A stretch of 54,638 bases of DNA from Chloroflexota bacterium (GTDB lineage: Bacteria > Chloroflexota > Limnocylindria > QHBO01): NCBI GenBank assembly GCA_040003165.1, contig JBDUDC010000001.1, positions 1 to 54,638 on the forward strand. Direction: 5' to 3'. Below, piece after piece: positions 17,268 to 27,040 of this stretch. Below the pieces are notes generated by a model. It saw nothing but the letters and a program-made list of their open reading frames with translations. It was not told where the DNA came from and did no database searches. The position numbers and the translations under genes were made by a program. Every line of letters starts with the position of its first letter. The first letter of the stretch is position 1.

Positions 17268-18718
17268 CCGAGGGCTCGCGATCGGATCGCTCGGTCTGGG
17301 CGCCGTCGCAACGAGTCCTCACGGTCGGGCTCATCGGGCTGGTCACCGCCGTCGCGTTCGAGGGGATGGCGGTTCCGACCATCCTGCCCGCCATGGTCGC
17401 CGAGCTCGGACAGCTGGAGCTTTACGGCTGGGCCTTCAGCGCGTTCTGGCTGACGAACATCATCGGCATCACGCTGGGCGGCGGCGATGCGGATCGCCAC
17501 GGGCCGGGGCGCGCGTTCGGGCTCGGCGCGCTCCTGTTCGCCGCGGGCCTCGTCGTCTCGGCGATGGCGACCAGCATGCCGATCGTGATCGTCGGGCGAG
17601 CGGTCCAGGGCTTCGGCTCGGGGGCGCTCGGCGCAGTGGTCTACGTCGTCATCGCGCGGGGGTACGGGCCGTCCGCCATACCGCGCATGATTGCCTTCCT
17701 GTCGAGCGCTTGGGTGGTGCCCGGCCTCGTCGGCCCTGCGGCCGCCGGACTGGTCGCCGAGCAGCTTTCCTGGCGCTGGGTCTTTGCCGGGCTGGCGCCC
17801 GCCGTGCTGCTGATGGCGCTGGCCGTGCTGCGGCCGATCGCGGACCTGGGCAGATCCGAGGACGCGCTCGCGCCTCACGAGGGGACCGGACGTGGCCGGC
17901 GCGCGGTCGATGCGCTGCGATTGGCCCTCGGCAGCTCAGCCCTGCTCGCCGGCCTGAGCGCGCGCCAGCCGATCGTCGTCGCCGCGCTGCTGGTGATCGG
18001 CAGCTGGCTCTCCCTTGGCGCTCTGCGCCGGCTCCTGCCCGAGGGCAGCCTCGCCGCCCGCCCGGGTCGGCCGGCGGTGGTGGCGCTCATGTTCCTGGTC
18101 GCCTTTGCCTTCTTCGGCACCGAGGCCTTCGTGCCCCTTGCCGTGACGGCCGTGCGCGGGGCGTCCACGGTGGTGGGCGGGCTGGCGCTGAGCGCGGCTG
18201 CCGTGACATGGGCGCTCGGCTCTTGGCTGCCTGCCCGCCTCGCCAGCCGAAGCCTGCGCCGCCAGCTGGTGGGCGGCGGCGCCGGCCTGGTTGCGGCCGG
18301 CATTGCGCTCACCGCCTTGGTGCTGCTTCCCACGCTTCCCATCGCGATGGCGGCGGTCGGCTGGGCAGTGGCCGGGCTTGGAATGGGGCTCGCCTACTCG
18401 ACCCTCTCGCTGCTCATCCTGGAGACCGCCGCGCCGGGCCAGGAGGGCACCTCGTCGTCCGCGCTGCAGCTCATGTTCACGCTTGGCACGGCCCTGGGAG
18501 CCGGAGCCGGCGGCGCGCTCATCGCGCTCTCGGAGGCGGGCCTCTATTCGCTCGGCACGGCGATCGCCCTGGCCGACGGCGTGATGGTCGCGGCCGCCCT
18601 GCTGGTTGCACTCCTTGCGCGGCGCGTGCCCGCCCGAGCGCCGAGCCCGACCGCGGGCCGACACGAGCGCCGGGTCGCCTCGCCTGCCGGGGCGGTGGGC
18701 CTCGCCGAAGAGTCATAG
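17264..18718 (+). CDS. MFS transporter
   Basis: GTG at 17264 overlaps the pfk stop (GTGA). About 12-14 TM segments; motif GGGDADRHGPGRA. Confidence 0.85.
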   Translation: MTEGSRSDRSVWAPSQRVLTVGLIGLVTAVAFEGMAVPTILPAMVAELGQLELYGWAFSAFWLTNIIGITLGGGDADRHGPGRAFGLGALLFAAGLVVSAMATSMPIVIVGRAVQGFGSGALGAVVYVVIARGYGPSAIPRMIAFLSSAWVVPGLVGPAAAGLVAEQLSWRWVFAGLAPAVLLMALAVLRPIADLGRSEDALAPHEGTGRGRRAVDALRLALGSSALLAGLSARQPIVVAALLVIGSWLSLGALRRLLPEGSLAARPGRPAVVALMFLVAFAFFGTEAFVPLAVTAVRGASTVVGGLALSAAAVTWALGSWLPARLASRSLRRQLVGGGAGLVAAGIALTALVLLPTLPIAMAAVGWAVAGLGMGLAYSTLSLLILETAAPGQEGTSSSALQLMFTLGTALGAGAGGALIALSEAGLYSLGTAIALADGVMVAAALLVALLARRVPARAPSPTAGRHERRVASPAGAVGLAEES

Positions 18719-18741
18719 CGGCCTCGCGCTACGCTGGAACG

Positions 18742-19950
18742 GTGCCGATCCCGATCATCCGCTACGCAACGGAGCTCCCTCCGCGCGCAGACGTGGTGGT
18801 CGTGGGAGGAGGGATCGTGGGCTGCGCGACCGCCTTCTTCGCGGCGCGCGCCGGGCTCGACGTGGTGGTGCTCGAGCGCCGGCCGGCGCTCGCAACGCTG
18901 ACCACGCCCGCCAGCACGGGTGCCTTTCGGCTGCAGTTCGACAATCCCGATGAGATCGCTCTCGTGCGCGAGGGAATCGAGCTCTTCGACCATTTCGCCG
19001 AACGGACCGGCCTTGACGGCTGGGATCTGGGCCTGCGGCACGGCGGCTACCTCTTCTGCTCTCTGACCGATGCGACGCTCGACCGCTCGCATCGCCTCGT
19101 GGAACGCCAGCGCGAATGGGGCCTGACCGATGTCGAGCTCCTGTCCGGCGACGAGGCGCGCTATCGCTGGCCCTGGCTGGCGCCGGCGCTGGTCGGGGCG
19201 CGGTACCGTGCCGGCGACGGCTGGCTCGACCCGAAACGCCTGGCGATCGGGTACGCCGTCGCCTCCGGCGCCGTGTTCTGCATGGCAACCGAGGCGACCG
19301 CCTTCGAGCTGACGGCTGACGGCTCGCGGATCGCCGCCGTGCAGACCCCGCGGGGCGCAATCGCGGCCGATGCGGTGGTCATCGCTGCGGGGCCGTTCAG
19401 CGCCCAGGTGGCGGCGCGCGCCGGGGTGCGAGTGGAGATCGCGACCCTCCCGCGCCAGAAGATGGTGATTCCCGAGCTGCCGGCCGTCCCGCGCGACGCA
19501 CCGATGACCATCGAGGAGGAGACGGCGGCGCACTGGCGACCCGCGCTGCACGGCTGCATGGCGCTGTGGACCGCTGCCGGGACGCCGGCATCAGAGCCCG
19601 CGGAGGCGCCGCCGATCGACCCGAGCTGGGCTTTCGGCCTGCTCGACCCGACGTCGGACCATGCCCTGGCGCGGGTCGCACCCTTCTGGGCGGACGTGTG
19701 GCGCGATGGATCGGTCGCCTGGTATCTCCAGTCCGGGCAGTACGAGATGACCCCGGACCGGCGTCCGTACCTCGGGCCTGCAGGGCCGCAGGGGTTCCAC
19801 CTGAACGCCGGCTACTCCGGCCACGGGATCATGGCCTCGACCGGGGGCAGCCGGCGCGTCGTCGACCTGCTCACTGGCGCGGCGGAACCGGAAGCCAACG
19901 CATTTCGGGTCGACCGGCCGATGACGTCGCGCGAGCACGACATCCTGTAG
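18742..19950 (+). CDS. FAD-dependent oxidoreductase (DAO family)
   Basis: GTG at 18742. Dinucleotide fold DVVVVGGGIVGCATAFFAARAG. The long upstream part of track ORF 17146..19950 is a shadow of the MFS gene. Confidence 0.85.
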   Translation: MPIPIIRYATELPPRADVVVVGGGIVGCATAFFAARAGLDVVVLERRPALATLTTPASTGAFRLQFDNPDEIALVREGIELFDHFAERTGLDGWDLGLRHGGYLFCSLTDATLDRSHRLVERQREWGLTDVELLSGDEARYRWPWLAPALVGARYRAGDGWLDPKRLAIGYAVASGAVFCMATEATAFELTADGSRIAAVQTPRGAIAADAVVIAAGPFSAQVAARAGVRVEIATLPRQKMVIPELPAVPRDAPMTIEEETAAHWRPALHGCMALWTAAGTPASEPAEAPPIDPSWAFGLLDPTSDHALARVAPFWADVWRDGSVAWYLQSGQYEMTPDRRPYLGPAGPQGFHLNAGYSGHGIMASTGGSRRVVDLLTGAAEPEANAFRVDRPMTSREHDIL

Positions 19951-19954
19951 GCGG

Positions 19955-21466
19955 CTAGCGGTACACCCCGTTGTGGCCGAGGCTGATGACGCCCGGCTGC
20001 GGGAAGTAGGTCAGGCCATGCGGGCTGTTGCCGACGCCGATCTGGGCAATCACGCCACCGGTGGCGGTGTCGACCACCGTGACCGTCGCGCCCGAGCGAT
20101 TCGAGGTCCACAGCTGCTTGCCGTCGGCAGAGACCTGCAGCATGTCCGGGCTCCCGCCGATGCTCCAGGTCGCGGCCACCTTGCGCGATGCGAAGTCGAT
20201 CTTCGAGATCGAGCCGTCGAGCCGGTTGCTGACGTAGAGCGAGCGGGTATCGCGGCTGATCGCCATGCCATGCGCGCCCTGGCCGGTGGTGAGGAATCCG
20301 ATCTCGGTCATGCTGATCGGGTCGATGATCGAGACGCCGGCCCTGCCCTGGTTGGCGACATAGAAGACCGTGCCGTCCGGGGCCAGCTTGACGTCGATCG
20401 GGAGGCCGCCGACGTTGAGGTCGCCCACCAGCTGCATGCTCACGACGTCGACCTTCATCAGGTGTCCGCCGTACTCGCAGCTGGCGAGCAGGTAGCGGCC
20501 GCCGGCGGAGAAGTCGGCGTGATCGATTCCCGGCGATGGGATCGCGATGCTGCTCAGCAGCGCCCAGGTCTTGGAATCGTAGAAGTCGATCCGGTTGAGG
20601 GGCTCGGCCATGACGACCGCCTTCGTCCCGTCAGGGGTGAAGTAGAGGTTGTAGGGACTCGGGACGCTGATCCCGCCCGAGATCGACCCCGCTGCCGGAT
20701 TGATCACGCTCAGCAGGTTCGAGTTCATGTTGTTGACGTACAGGGCGGACATGTCGTGTGCGGGCGTGATGTGCTGTGGAAGGACTCCCACCGGCAGGGT
20801 CCCGATGACGGCGAAGGTCGCGGGGTCGATGACCGTGACCGTCGCGGAGCCCTCGTTCGGCACGTACACGCGCGGCGCGATCTTGCGCAACGCAGGCGCG
20901 ATCGGGCCGGTATCCGCCTTCCACACGTTGAACGCGCGCGATCGCTTGCTTCGCCCGTCGATGAGCCGGGGCTGGTCGGGTGGGCCCTCGGTCGCCCAGC
21001 CATCGAGCGAGCCGACAGACACGTGCCACCAGGTCTGCCCGCCACGCTGCACCGGGGCGCCGCCGACGGCCAGGATCTCTCCGCTCGTCACGCTGGCGAG
21101 GACCGCGGCCTTCGGATCCGCCTTGGCGCGGACCTCGACGGTGGCCGTCGCCACGCGGAGAGTCGCAACGTCCGTCGGCGCGGGGGTTGGCGCAGGGGTC
21201 GGCGTGGGAGAGCCGGTTGGGGCCGGAGTGGGGGTCGCCGTCGGGGTGGGGGCCGAGGTCGCTGAAGCCGTGAGCTGCGGGCTCGAAGGGATGCTGGGAG
21301 TCGAGCCGCAACCGACCACCAGCAGCGCCCCCAGCAGCAGGGCCCCGAATCGTCTGATCGGCAATGTGCCCGCATTGTGGCGACTCGCGGTTACCGGTGC
21401 CACTGTTCGCTGCCGGTTCGGCTGGCCGAGACGGCGAGATGGGTCGATACTGGGTCGCCTCCCCAA
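19955..21466 (-). CDS. Lipoprotein with SH3-like domain and YVTN-type beta-propeller repeats
   Basis: Lipobox LLVVGCGS, a Pro/Thr linker, and repeated ...P..I..SPDG..LYV.N... propeller blades. Confidence 0.8.
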   Translation of the reverse strand: MGRRPSIDPSRRLGQPNRQRTVAPVTASRHNAGTLPIRRFGALLLGALLVVGCGSTPSIPSSPQLTASATSAPTPTATPTPAPTGSPTPTPAPTPAPTDVATLRVATATVEVRAKADPKAAVLASVTSGEILAVGGAPVQRGGQTWWHVSVGSLDGWATEGPPDQPRLIDGRSKRSRAFNVWKADTGPIAPALRKIAPRVYVPNEGSATVTVIDPATFAVIGTLPVGVLPQHITPAHDMSALYVNNMNSNLLSVINPAAGSISGGISVPSPYNLYFTPDGTKAVVMAEPLNRIDFYDSKTWALLSSIAIPSPGIDHADFSAGGRYLLASCEYGGHLMKVDVVSMQLVGDLNVGGLPIDVKLAPDGTVFYVANQGRAGVSIIDPISMTEIGFLTTGQGAHGMAISRDTRSLYVSNRLDGSISKIDFASRKVAATWSIGGSPDMLQVSADGKQLWTSNRSGATVTVVDTATGGVIAQIGVGNSPHGLTYFPQPGVISLGHNGVYR

Positions 21467-21497
21467 CCGCCATCTGCGGAGAGCTAAGGATCGCGTG

Positions 21498-22370
21498 GTG
21501 AAGTTCGGCCTTCAGATCAACAGCTTCACCTGGCCCGGCGGGCCGGGAAATATCGGTCCCACTCTGGCGAGAGTCGTGCGGACGGCCGATCAGGTCGGCT
21601 TCGACTCGATCTGGGTGATGGACCACTTCTGGCAGATTCGCGGACTCGGCCCTCCCGAGGCGCCGATGCTCGAAGGGCAGACCGCCCTCGGCTTCGCGGC
21701 GGCGAACTCGGAGCGCGCGCGGCTCGGCCTGCTGGTGGGTGGGATTCATTACCGCCTGCCGGGGCTCTGGATCAAGGCGACCACCACGCTCGACGTCCTG
21801 TCCGGCGGCCGCGCCTGGCTGGGCCTCGGGGCGGCGTGGAACGAGCAGGAGTCGCGGGGGCTCGGCTTCCCGTTTCCGCCGCTCCGCGAGCGATTCGAGG
21901 CGCTCGAGGAGACGCTGCAGATGGCGCACGCAATGTGGTCGGGCGGAACGGGTAGCGGCGAGGCGTTCGCCGGCCCGCGCTTCAGCGCCGAGCGGCTTCT
22001 TAACTCGCCGCAGGCGATCAGCCGCCCGCGAGTCCCGATCATGATCGGCGGGGGCGGCGAGCGAAAGACGCTGCGTCTGGTGGCCCAGTACGCCGATGCC
22101 TGCAACATCTTCGGCCGCCCCGAGCTGCTGCGGCAGAAGCTGCCCATCCTGCGCGAGCATTGCGAGGCGGTCGGCCGTCCCTACGACGAGATCGAGAAGA
22201 GCACGCTCACCTCGGTCGACCTCGAGGCCGAGTCCCCGGACCAGATCGTCGAGCGCTTTGGCAGCCTGGTGGAGGCGGGCGCCCAGCACGTCATCTTCAG
22301 CGTTCGCGGCCTCGCCGACACGAGCAGGCTGGAGCGGATCGCGGCGGAGGTCTTTCCGCAGCTCGCCTAG
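21498..22370 (+). CDS. LLM-class F420-dependent oxidoreductase (Rv1855c-like)
   Basis: GTG at 21498 with AAGGA 7 nt upstream. VKFGLQINSFTWPGG...FDSIWVMDHF...LSGGRAWLGLGAAWNEQE. Confidence 0.85.
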   Translation: MKFGLQINSFTWPGGPGNIGPTLARVVRTADQVGFDSIWVMDHFWQIRGLGPPEAPMLEGQTALGFAAANSERARLGLLVGGIHYRLPGLWIKATTTLDVLSGGRAWLGLGAAWNEQESRGLGFPFPPLRERFEALEETLQMAHAMWSGGTGSGEAFAGPRFSAERLLNSPQAISRPRVPIMIGGGGERKTLRLVAQYADACNIFGRPELLRQKLPILREHCEAVGRPYDEIEKSTLTSVDLEAESPDQIVERFGSLVEAGAQHVIFSVRGLADTSRLERIAAEVFPQLA

Positions 22371-22458
22371 GATCCCCCGGCCGCAGGGACTCCGAGCGAC
22401 GCCCGCCCGGCTACCATGTCGACCTCCACCCGAGCCTTTTCCGCGCAGAGGAGCCGCG

Positions 22459-23916
22459 ATGTCGCAGCCCCGCTTCGTCACCAGTATCGCCAGCCAGTCG
22501 GAGGACTTCCCCGGCTGGTACAACGACGTGGTCCGCAAGGCCGAGCTCGCCGACTACTCACCGGTGCGTGGCTGCATGATCATCCGGCCGTACGGCTACG
22601 CGATCTGGGAGTCGATGCGCGACGAGCTCGACCGCCACATCAAGGCGACCGGCCACAGCAACGTCTACTTCCCGCTCTTCGTGCCGCGCTCGCTCCTCGA
22701 GAAGGAGGCGGAGCACGTCGAGGGCTTCGACCCGCAGGTCGCCTGGGTCACGCACGCCGGCGGTGAGCCGCTGGCCGAGTGGCTCGCCATCCGCCCGACC
22801 AGCGAGGCGCTGATCGCCGAGGTGGTCAAGGACTGGATCCACTCCTACCGCGACCTGCCGCTGCTCATGAACCTATGGAACAACGTCGTGCGCTGGGAGC
22901 TGCGCACGCGCCTCTTCCTGCGGACGGCGGAGTTCCTGTGGCAGGAGGCGCACACCTTCCACGCCACCGAGGCGGAGGCCGCCGACGAGGTCGCCACCGG
23001 GCTGGAGTGCTACCGGGCTGTGTCGGAGGACTGGCTTGCGATCCCCGTGATCAAGGGTCGCAAGAGCGAGACCGAGAAGTTCCCCGGTGCGGTCTACAGC
23101 CACTCGATCGAGGCCATGATGCGCGACGGCAAGGCCCTGCAGGCGGGCACCAGCCACATGCTCGGCCAGAACTTCGCGCGCTCGGCGGGGATCGAGTTCC
23201 TCGACCGCGAGAACCAGCTCCAGGCGCCGTTCGGCACGTCGTGGGGCTTTTCGACCCGGATGGTGGGAGCGGTGATCATGGCTCACGGGGACGAGTCCGG
23301 CCTCGTCCTCCCGCCCCGCCTGGCGCCGGTGCAGGTTGTGGTGGTGCCGATCTTCCGGACCGATGAGGATCGGGCAGCAGTCACGGAGGCGGTCGAGCGC
23401 CTGACCTCGGAGCTTGCCGCGACCGACGAGGGCCGGGCGGTCCGCATCAAGGTCGACTGGCGCGAGGAGTCGCCCGGCTTCAAGTACAGCCACTGGGAGC
23501 TGCGCGGCGTTCCGTTTCGCATCGAGATCGGCCCGCGCGACGTGGCCGCTGGGCAGGCGGTGCTCGTGCGACGCGTCGATCGTGCGAAGGAGGTGCTGCC
23601 GATCTCGACCATCGTCGCCGAGCTCCCATCGCGCCTGGCCGCCTACCAGGACCACCTCTTCCAGCGTGCGCTGGACTTCCGCGCGGCCAACAGCCACGAG
23701 GTCGAGACGTACGACGAGTTCAAGGCGGTTCTCGAGGAGCGCGGGGGATTCCTATGGGCCCACTGGTGCGGGGACGCGGCTTGCGAGAAGCAGGTGGCCG
23801 CGGACACCGGAGCCACGCTGCGCGTCATCCCCTTCGACGGCCCGGCCGATCCCGGCAGCTGCCTCATCGACGGGCGCCCCTCGGAGCGCCGCGTGGTGTT
23901 CGCCCGCGCCTACTGA
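22459..23916 (+). CDS. proS: Prolyl-tRNA synthetase, archaeal/eukaryote-like type (no INS editing domain, C-terminal Zn-binding domain)
   Basis: 485 aa. FPGWYNDVVRKAELADYSPVRGCMIIRPYGYAIWE, class II motifs, and C-terminal WCGDAACEK...C. Confidence 0.92.
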   Translation: MSQPRFVTSIASQSEDFPGWYNDVVRKAELADYSPVRGCMIIRPYGYAIWESMRDELDRHIKATGHSNVYFPLFVPRSLLEKEAEHVEGFDPQVAWVTHAGGEPLAEWLAIRPTSEALIAEVVKDWIHSYRDLPLLMNLWNNVVRWELRTRLFLRTAEFLWQEAHTFHATEAEAADEVATGLECYRAVSEDWLAIPVIKGRKSETEKFPGAVYSHSIEAMMRDGKALQAGTSHMLGQNFARSAGIEFLDRENQLQAPFGTSWGFSTRMVGAVIMAHGDESGLVLPPRLAPVQVVVVPIFRTDEDRAAVTEAVERLTSELAATDEGRAVRIKVDWREESPGFKYSHWELRGVPFRIEIGPRDVAAGQAVLVRRVDRAKEVLPISTIVAELPSRLAAYQDHLFQRALDFRAANSHEVETYDEFKAVLEERGGFLWAHWCGDAACEKQVAADTGATLRVIPFDGPADPGSCLIDGRPSERRVVFARAY

Positions 23917-25265
23917 GCGCCGGGGCTCTCCGCGGGCCGTCCGCCAGGGGGCGGCATCGGTTCCGGCCTGACGCCGACCAGGTGCTCGTTCTCGCGCAGG
24001 GCGCGGACCGGCAGCAGGGCGACGAGAAGCATCCCCACACCGGCGGCGAGCAGCCCGTCGATGCCGGCCCACTGGGCCGCGCTGCCTCCGATCAGGCTTC
24101 CGCTGATCTGGCCGAGTGCCAGGAAGACCGAGTACAGGCCCATGATCGCGCCGCGATCGCTTGGGTGGCCCTCGCTGATATCGGCCAGCAGGCCCAGGGC
24201 CGCGGGCGTGGCGCCGGCCAGCACGAAGAGCCCTGCGGCCGCAACCAGGGCCAGTCCCACCTGCGCGGCGAGGCCCCAGCTGGTCGAATGGTTCAGCGCG
24301 TACAGCGCCGCCTGCTGGGCCAACCCGCCGCCGATCCCGATGACGATGATGGTCGTGCGCCGGTAGCGCTTGAACTTGTTGCCCCAGTACAGCAGGCCCG
24401 CGAAGAAGACGACCAGCCAGGCGGCCAGGCCGATGCTCACCTCCATCGGCGCGAAGCCGCCCATCAGCAGCTGTGCGTCGAATCCGGGGCGCGGCTTCTG
24501 GACGAGCTGAAAGATCGATTGGCTGGTCCAGACGCCGACGAAGGCGTTGACCGCGATCCAGGTCGGGGCCAGCAGCCAGACGCCCGGCGTCCGGATGATG
24601 CGGAGGTAGCGATCGAGGTCGAACCGGTCTCGGACGACGGCCGCGACGCCCTCGGCCGGCAGCTCGACAGCCGCCTCGGCAGGACCCTCCACCTTGCGGA
24701 CGCCGTATCGGTAGATGACGAAGGAGACGAGATAGATGGCCGCGTTGACAAAGAACGCATTGCGACCGATCAGCGTGAAGAGGCCTCCGGCGGCGACGAC
24801 GCCGCCGCCGAGACCTGCCAGCGTGGCTGCCTCGAAGCGGGCCACCGTCTTGCCTCGCAGTCCTTCGTCGTGGGAGGTCGCAACCGCGATGTAGCCCAGG
24901 ATCGAGGGAATGCTGGCCGCCGCCGCGGCGCCCTCGATCCAGCGCGTCACCCCGAGCAGGAAGAGGTCCGTGGTGAGCGCGGTCATGACCACCGCGACCG
25001 CGCCGAAGATCGGACCCAGCTGCATGATCGGATGGGTGCCAACCCGATCCGAAAGGATCCCGAAGCCGGGCGAGAGGACCAGCTCCGCCACGAAGTAGAG
25101 AGCCGTGAGCAGGCCGACCTCGAATGCGCCGACCGGCCGGCCACCGGGCAGATCGCCGAGCGAGGCGAGGTAGTAGAGCAGCAGCCCACCGGTGAGCCCG
25201 GTGCTGAAGCGGAGCGTGAAGGTCCCGCCGACGACGGCGAGGAGCGAGCGTTTCACTGCGCGCAC
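23910..25265 (-). CDS. MFS transporter
   Basis: 451 aa, about 12 TM segments, motif LSDRVGTHP. Its 3' end overlaps proS by 7 nt (convergent). Confidence 0.85.
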   Translation of the reverse strand: MRAVKRSLLAVVGGTFTLRFSTGLTGGLLLYYLASLGDLPGGRPVGAFEVGLLTALYFVAELVLSPGFGILSDRVGTHPIMQLGPIFGAVAVVMTALTTDLFLLGVTRWIEGAAAAASIPSILGYIAVATSHDEGLRGKTVARFEAATLAGLGGGVVAAGGLFTLIGRNAFFVNAAIYLVSFVIYRYGVRKVEGPAEAAVELPAEGVAAVVRDRFDLDRYLRIIRTPGVWLLAPTWIAVNAFVGVWTSQSIFQLVQKPRPGFDAQLLMGGFAPMEVSIGLAAWLVVFFAGLLYWGNKFKRYRRTTIIVIGIGGGLAQQAALYALNHSTSWGLAAQVGLALVAAAGLFVLAGATPAALGLLADISEGHPSDRGAIMGLYSVFLALGQISGSLIGGSAAQWAGIDGLLAAGVGMLLVALLPVRALRENEHLVGVRPEPMPPPGGRPAESPGAQ

Positions 25266-25422
25266 AGCCTAGCGGGCGCAGCGCAACGGCCGCGTACCGC
25301 CCCTGTCGACTGACGCTGGTCCCAATGCGCTCGACAGTCCCGTCAGGAGAGGGAAGGGGCTCTCACCGAGCGCTTACGTGCTTGGCCGGCGCATCAGCCC
25401 CGCAACGGTGCGCAGCTGAACA

Positions 25423-25761
25423 TCACGCGCTCTCGGCGAGACCCGCCAGCTCGAATGCGAGCTCGAGCGCCTCGAGCGGACGGAACCCGACCGCAGCGCG
25501 CGGCGGCTCGCCGGGCTTGAAGTACGCGACGGTAGGGATGCTCATGATCCCGTACTTCATCGCGGTCTGCGGGTTGGCATCGACGTCCATCTTGACCACG
25601 TCGACCGATCCGGCGTACTTCTCCGCCAGCTTGTCGATCTCCGGGGCGACCAGGCGGCAGGGCCCGCACCACGTTGCCCAGAAGTCGACAACGGTCGGCT
25701 TGTCGTTCTGGAGCACGAGCTGATCAAAGGTGGCATCGGTCGCTTCGGTGACGTTCGACAT
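25423..25761 (-). CDS. trxA: Thioredoxin
   Basis: WATWCGPCR active site, 112 aa. RBS AGGAAGGA upstream. Confidence 0.93.
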   Translation of the reverse strand: MSNVTEATDATFDQLVLQNDKPTVVDFWATWCGPCRLVAPEIDKLAEKYAGSVDVVKMDVDANPQTAMKYGIMSIPTVAYFKPGEPPRAAVGFRPLEALELAFELAGLAESA

Positions 25762-25797
25762 CGGTATCGGTCCTTCCTGGAAAATGGATTTCGTGAT

Positions 25798-26091
25798 TTA
25801 TCGAGCAACCTGCTGCAGGAGCCGATAGATTTCGAGCACCTGCTGATCGGCAAGTCGGTAGAAGATCGTGTTTCCGTCGCGCCGCGAGGTGACGATCCCC
25901 GCCGTGCGCAGGATCGCCAGGTGCTGGCTCATGTTCGGGACCTGGCAGCCGACCTCGCGGGAGAGGTCACTCACCGAATGCTCCCCGTCTGCCAGCCGCT
26001 CAAGGACGCAGAGCCGTTTGGGGTCAGCGAGTGCGCGCGCGATGGCGGCGCTGCGCTCACGGTCTGTATCGGTGCTGGCTATGACGGGCAT
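25798..26091 (-). CDS. ArsR/SmtB-family metalloregulator-type transcriptional repressor
   Basis: 97 aa. LADPKRLCVLERLADGEHSVSDLSREVGCQVPNMSQHLAILRTAGIV winged HTH. Sits upstream of trxA on the same strand. Confidence 0.85.
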   Translation of the reverse strand: MPVIASTDTDRERSAAIARALADPKRLCVLERLADGEHSVSDLSREVGCQVPNMSQHLAILRTAGIVTSRRDGNTIFYRLADQQVLEIYRLLQQVAR

Positions 26092-26110
26092 GCGGGGATT
26101 GTCTCATCGT

Positions 26111-26126
26111 TTGCGCAATAACGCAA
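26111..26126. promoter_or_regulatory. Candidate operator: 8-bp palindrome TTGCGCAA plus adjacent CGCAA half-site
   Basis: Lies in the divergent arsR / zinc-ribbon intergenic region, about 20 nt upstream of the arsR ATG. The arms are short, so the evidence is weak. Confidence 0.2.
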
Positions 26127-26199
26127 GTAGAACGGAACGTGCCCCAGGGGGAAGAATTGCGACACACGAGTTGTCACGAGCCGTGCCGAGACTCGCGCC

Positions 26200-26355
26200 A
26201 TGACTGTTCTGCTCACCTGCCCCTGGTGCGACGACGAGGTCGCCTTCCTGGTGGACGAGGCCGACGACGAGATCGTCTGCACCGCCTGCAACACCCGGAT
26301 GGCCTTCGCGCCGGACCCCATCACCACGTTCGACCTGCTCTACCAGGCCGCCTGA
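26200..26355 (+). CDS. Small zinc-ribbon protein (51 aa)
   Basis: Below the track length cut-off, so hand translated: MTVLLTCPWCDDEVAFLVDEADDEIVCTACNTRMAFAPDPITTFDLLYQAA. CxxC...CxxC motif, high GC3. Confidence 0.45.
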   Translation: MTVLLTCPWCDDEVAFLVDEADDEIVCTACNTRMAFAPDPITTFDLLYQAA

Positions 26356-26362
26356 CACCACG

Positions 26363-26392
26363 CTGCCGAGCCGGCTGAGGCCGACTCGGCAG
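26363..26392. terminator. Bidirectional terminator-like hairpin between convergent genes
   Basis: CTGCCGAG-(14 nt)-CTCGGCAG, an 8-bp perfect stem. Confidence 0.35.
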
Positions 26393-26410
26393 GGAGGCCG
26401 CCGCCCGGAA

Positions 26411-26923
26411 TCAGGGCCGCTGGAGCGCTCGGGATGCGATGGTCCGCATGCCGCCGCGCAAGACGACGAGCGCGGCGAGGAGGAGCCCGGCGCCGACGGC
26501 GAGGATGAACGGCACGGCGGAGCCGCCGGCCTCGGGAGCCGCCGCTGCGGCCCGGACCTGAAGCGGCTCGAGGGCCGTCTGGACCTCCAGCTGGTCGGGC
26601 ATGGTGACTGACCATTGCCAGCTGCCTGAGGTCGGGAGGGTCACGTCGACCACCCAATGACCCGGCTTCCCCTCGGTGCGCGCCTTGTAGGCGAGTACCT
26701 GCCCGTCAGGGCCGATCGCGTTGACGATCACAGTTCCCTGGCCAACGGGGGTCCTGCCGTGCTGGAGGACCGTGAAGCCGACGGTGGTGGTCTGGCCGGC
26801 CACCGGCCCAGCCGTGGCCGGGTCCGGGGTGACCGTTGCCCAGCCGCCGGCCATCGCCGCTCCAGCGCTGAGGAGCAGCGCAGCCGACGCGATAGATGAT
26901 GCGAGAGTCACTCGCTGGCGCAT
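26411..26923 (-). CDS. Secreted protein with C-terminal TM anchor, paralog 1 (possible FixH/YtkA-like Ig fold)
   Basis: Signal peptide ...AGAAMA|GGWATV, a ~110-aa beta-rich domain (GHWVVDVTLPTSGSWQWSVTM), Ala/Pro linker, TM segment and basic tail. Paralogous to 27041..27577. Confidence 0.65.
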   Translation of the reverse strand: MRQRVTLASSIASAALLLSAGAAMAGGWATVTPDPATAGPVAGQTTTVGFTVLQHGRTPVGQGTVIVNAIGPDGQVLAYKARTEGKPGHWVVDVTLPTSGSWQWSVTMPDQLEVQTALEPLQVRAAAAAPEAGGSAVPFILAVGAGLLLAALVVLRGGMRTIASRALQRP

Positions 26924-26950
26924 GGTGTTTGCCTCTGCGGTATGTGCCTT

Positions 26951-26979
26951 ATCTACCCATCTCCCCGGGCATCGGTTCC
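26951..26979 (-). promoter_or_regulatory. ECF-type promoter GGAACC-N17-GTAGAT upstream of paralog 1
   Basis: Minus strand reads GGAACCgatgcccggggagatggGTAGAT, 27 nt upstream of the ATG at 26923. Same architecture as at 27611-27639 and 27652-27680. Confidence 0.5.
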
Positions 26980-27040
26980 ATCGCGGGGACCACTTCCGTT
27001 GACGGCGGGCCGGATCCCCGGCGCAGGCTTGAGCTCCGAG

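Noticed and set aside
25266-25422. Inverted repeats (GTCGA...TCGAC, CTGACG...CGTCAG) in the gap between the MFS start and the trxA stop, considered as a possible sRNA or terminator.
   Set aside because: The stems are short, the loops long and there is no flanking conservation to compare. Not distinguishable from chance.
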